Assembly (NCBI RefSeq): GCF_009914755.1
Contig: NC_060927.1
Reading direction: 5' to 3' (one strand)
Length of the DNA stretch: 64,000 nucleotides
From: the human T2T-CHM13v2.0 reference genome, Homo sapiens
Part shown: positions 59,186-64,000 of the stretch, piece after piece
Numbering within the stretch: position 1 is the first letter of the stretch
Layout: the number at the start of each line of letters is the position of its first letter
Translations under genes and position numbers: made by a program
The notes under the pieces: generated by a model
Databases searched by the model: none
Seen by the model: the letters and a program-made list of their open reading frames with translations, nothing else
Told to the model about the DNA's origin: nothing

Positions 59186-59386
59186 TAAGAATCTTTTTAC
59201 TAAATGGACTGACTTGAAGTATTGATTGAATTGCAATATATTCTCAATTTTTATATGTATATTTAAAAGTATTTATGTGTTAATAAATTATATTTTAAAT
59301 TTTACTGTATTGATTAGTTTTAATGTATTTTATCAAGATATATGTATCTATAATACACAGGCACATATGCATATCCACACGAGCAT

Positions 59387-59388
<2 letters not shown>

Positions 59389-59424
<36 letters not shown>
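59389..59424. repeat. (AC)18 microsatellite
   Basis: Perfect dinucleotide run, 36 nt. Confidence 0.95.
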
Positions 59425-59427
<3 letters not shown>

Positions 59428-59739
59428 TCCCCAGTCTACTGTCTAGTTGTCACCAGTTATCTTTCAGCTGGGTCAAAAGGATCTACTCTAATACTCTGGG
59501 TAATTCGTAATACAAAGAATTTCACTAGAAAATGTGTAATAATAAAGTGTAATTAATTTATAAACTTATCTAAAATTCCCAAATGGTGAGACACTAAATT
59601 TTAAGTTACCTAAAGCCAGAAGCTTATCTTTTTCACACTAGTCATAGGAAATGATTTTAATTTAATGTACTGATGTTAAGTTCAAGTCTAGTATTTTTGT
59701 TAAGTTACAATAATTACAATATTTACACTGTCGACCTTA

Positions 59740-59898
<159 letters not shown>

Positions 59899-60299
59899 CT
59901 AAAACATAAGAATAGAAATGATATTGAAAATGACAACAAAAACAGCAAACATTCCTATCATATTAATATAGTTTGTTCTTTGAGGGAATTTAAAGTTTAA
60001 TATTCTTATATCTTAAGTGTCTAATCAAAATATTTAGATGACTAAAGTATTTAGCTAAAAGGTAGAAACTGCGATAGTTGCAACTCATTGCAAAATACAC
60101 TTAAAGAAAATCTTGTTTCCTAATGACAGCAACTACAAACACACAAGTAACTTTTATATCTGTATCCAATATATACAGTAAATTTATTAAATATCAACTT
60201 ATATTGGTAAATATGATAAAAGTATTCTCAAATTAGAAAATCTTGCTTTACTGTACTCCAGAGTTTCACTCACATCAATTTCAGGAATATTCTCTCTAG

Positions 60300-60800
60300 G
60301 GTCTATGGAAGACTGCTTATTGTACCCAACATTCCCTCAACTCCCCAATAAGGGAACTCAGATTTCAGGAGCATATATCTGCTTAAAATAAAAAAACAGA
60401 TTTTCCTTTGGGTATTATGAGTGGGCACATACATACGTTCTGATCAAAGTATGAGAAACTATTTGGTAAGACTTCTAGAAAGGCAACTTAAAGAGAGTGA
60501 TGAAACTGAGATGGCCTGTTTTTACTACCGTGCCTCTCTTAGCTGCCCAGAATACGAATGCAACGACTGAAACTCAAGTAGCAATTTTGGACAAGGAAGT
60601 AAGATTAAAACTGGGAGCTATGGACCAATGGTGGAGCAACAAAAGAGCTATCCCTCTTGACAGCATAAAGCCTCCCTAACAGCCTTGTGCTCCCTACTTC
60701 TTAATTACTTTCAATGTGACAGAAGGAAAAAACTTAAATAAAACATATTTCTTATTTAGACCACTGCTATTTTGAGTTGCTTTATTTATTACAGTTTAAG
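60300..60800 (+). mobile_element. MLT1-family MaLR LTR remnant
   Basis: Degenerate MLT1J/K-like motifs ending TTTAGACCACTGCTATTTTGAGTT. Confidence 0.5.
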
Positions 60801-61994
60801 TGTTCTTATGAATAAAAGACAAAAGCCTGTGTCTATAGCACAGTCCCGTGGATCCTCAGGCTCTAACCTCTTAGGGATTTCATTATCATCTCTTTGAATC
60901 TTCAGGCTCCAAATTCTCAAATATTTGAAATCCACAAATTGGCTATAAAGTCTCCTAAAAAGGATCACACCCATCCTTACAGGCTCTATCCACTCTGGGC
61001 CACCAAACACTTGAACAATGACCAGGGCTTTTGGCTTCAATGTTTTCTCAACACCCATAATCTCCAGGCTCCAAATCTCAGAGGAAGGTCTCTGTCCTCA
61101 AGGGTATCACAGGTAATTTTCAAATTAAAAACTGTCTTTTGAGTGGCTTTATTCACATGTCATTTCAAAATACCAGAAAATGTGTTCTTTTAAAATTGTA
61201 GCCAATTAAACACATAAAGTCTATGTTATCATCATATGAAACAGAAAAAAAGTCCAGATTTTGGTTTTCAGGGAACCAAGGATCCAGTCCCTACAATGTC
61301 ACAGACTATGTGGTCTCAGTTTCTCTACTGATAAAGTGTGGATACAGAGTCTAGCCTCTAGCCTATCTAGGATCAAAGAAGCTCAGAGAGGTACAAAGGG
61401 CTTTGCAAGGCTAAAGACTACAAATGAGAATACACTGCATTTTTTTAAACTGCAAAAGTTCACTCTGGTATCAAATGGCTTTGGTGTAGCTTCTGAGAAA
61501 ACAATTATAGCTGCCAAGATGGAGTGAATACAAGAATACACATTTCTAATGCTCTATGTTAATAAATGACAGTTATTTATTCAAGAATATAAAAGAAGAC
61601 ATTGTCTAGAATCTTTAGGATTTCATTATTGTCTCTTTAAATCTCCAAGCTCAGAAGTTTTGATAATGTAACCTATTCTGTTATTTTAAGGCAGCCTAAG
61701 TGAGTATGCAGTGGAGGTAGGGCCATGACAGTGGTGTGAGGGCTGCCATTTCATTTTAGTATCAAGTCATTTCAATATGTGTTTCAATACATATAGCACT
61801 GCATTATATAGTTCTTCTTTCCTTCTGCCTGATCCAACCAAGTTCGGCAAGTTTGCCAACTTGGCCACAAAAGAGAAGCCATAAAGACATACTAAGCTAG
61901 TGCTGATATCCAGCCAGGTGACATAAACCAATCTCACCTATTAAAATATGTTTTCAACATTTTGAAATTCAGTTTACCATTTGCCATACTATCA

Positions 61995-62237
<243 letters not shown>

Positions 62238-63175
62238 TCAAAGACCAAAACTGGTGTCATGTTAATTTCACTGACCAGTTGAACAGAGTTGTGAAGTCAT
62301 GAAGCCTAATTCTTAGGCTGGAATTTCACAGCTCACCATGAAAGAAATATGAATTATTGAGTGCCCCTTGTTTTATATATAAACTCCAATAGAGTGTTTG
62401 CTACCAACTGCAAAACAGAAAATAACCAAACTCTTTTTAAATAAATGTGTCTCCAAAAGTAATTGACAAAAGAGGGAGAACTAATGTTTTCCAAGGCTCC
62501 TAAGGGAAACAGATTTACTAGGAAAAGAATAGACTGAGACAAGAATTTTTTCTCTGACCTTCTAAAAAGCTCTTCTTGGATTCTCTGCGGAGAACTCACT
62601 CTTTCTTACAGAATAAAATCTCTACTACAGTGGTTTTACTGTCAGTGCCAGAGATGCTAATGCAATCAAACGAATGCTGGATTTGTCACTAACTGCAAAC
62701 ATCCCAAAGAAATTTTATATCTAAGACATTTTGGAAATGTTTCCATTACTTTGGCCAGTCATTATTGTGCCTGCTAAACCATTTTCTGGCTAGGTTTTTT
62801 GTGTCATAGTCTGGAAAAAGGAAGTCTAAAATTGGATTGTTCTCCTTGGCCTTAAAGCATAAGCATTAAGACCGCCAATAACATTTGTCTATTAAAGACA
62901 CGAACGGAATCATTTTTCTTGTCTGAATCTTCCTCTGAATTATGGAAATGCAGCCAAGCTGCTATGTTTCATTGACATTCAATACTTTTAAAAAGGAACC
63001 AATGTTACTCCTGTGAGTTGAAGAAAAATCTATTTTTTAACTGTCAAAATTAAAATTTTCTTAAAAGAATTAAAAAAATAGGTCCAGGGAAATTACTGTT
63101 ATTGGAGAAAAAAGAAAAAATGAAAACATGACCAAAACCAATCAATGGTTGCTCATTTTTTGGTTCTTGCCATAT

Positions 63176-63178
<3 letters not shown>

Positions 63179-63207
<29 letters not shown>

Positions 63208-63496
63208 GGAGACAGAGTCTCGCTCTGTCACCCAGGCTGGAGTGCAAAGGCACAATCTTGGCTCACTGCAACCTATGCCTCCCGAGTTCCCCTCCGCCTT
63301 CCACCTCCTGCCTCAGCCTCTCAAGTAGTTGGGATTACAGGCACCCATCACCATGCCCGACTAATTTTTGTATTTTTAGTAGAGATGGGGTTTCGCCATG
63401 TTGGTCAGACTGGTCTCGAACTCCTGACCTCAGGTGATCTGCCCGCCTCAGCCTCCCAAAGTGCTGAGATTAGAGGCGTGAGCCACCATGCCTGGC
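63179..63496 (-). mobile_element. AluSx-like with a roughly 30-nt T tail and a small internal replacement
   Basis: Full dimer; GACCTCAGGTGATCTGCCC. Confidence 0.92.
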
Positions 63497-63539
63497 ATCA
63501 AATAAAAAAATTCTGGGGAGAAGACAATACATTTTTTAA

Positions 63540-64000
<461 letters not shown>

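Overview
Primate (human-like) genomic DNA containing the 3' part of PLOD2 (lysyl hydroxylase 2, LH2) on the minus strand. I traced 16 coding exons by hand (exons 5-20 in the 20-exon numbering; 62200 down to the TAA at 26269-26271). All introns are GT-AG with consistent phases, and the set includes the 63-nt alternative exon 13A/14. The 3' UTR is about 1.3 kb, with AATAAA at 25005-25010. Exons 1-4 lie beyond the right edge. Bases 1-25 kb are repeat-rich downstream sequence: a complete MST/MaLR provirus with a 5-bp TSD, nested L1s, DNA-transposon fossils, a strong CTCF-like motif and probably the lncRNA LNCSRLR. Intron 7 holds a full-length SVA with a 19-bp TSD nested in an L1PA. Nearly all ORFs in the supplied track are repeat-derived or chance. 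I found no convincing undescribed biological system. The best leads are regulatory: the SVA, the exon-13A splicing motifs, a candidate poison exon, an inverted Alu pair, proximal polyadenylation versus a miR-26 site, and a possible read-through origin for the downstream lncRNA. Repeat subfamily calls are by eye from remembered consensus sequences and need RepeatMasker/Dfam confirmation.
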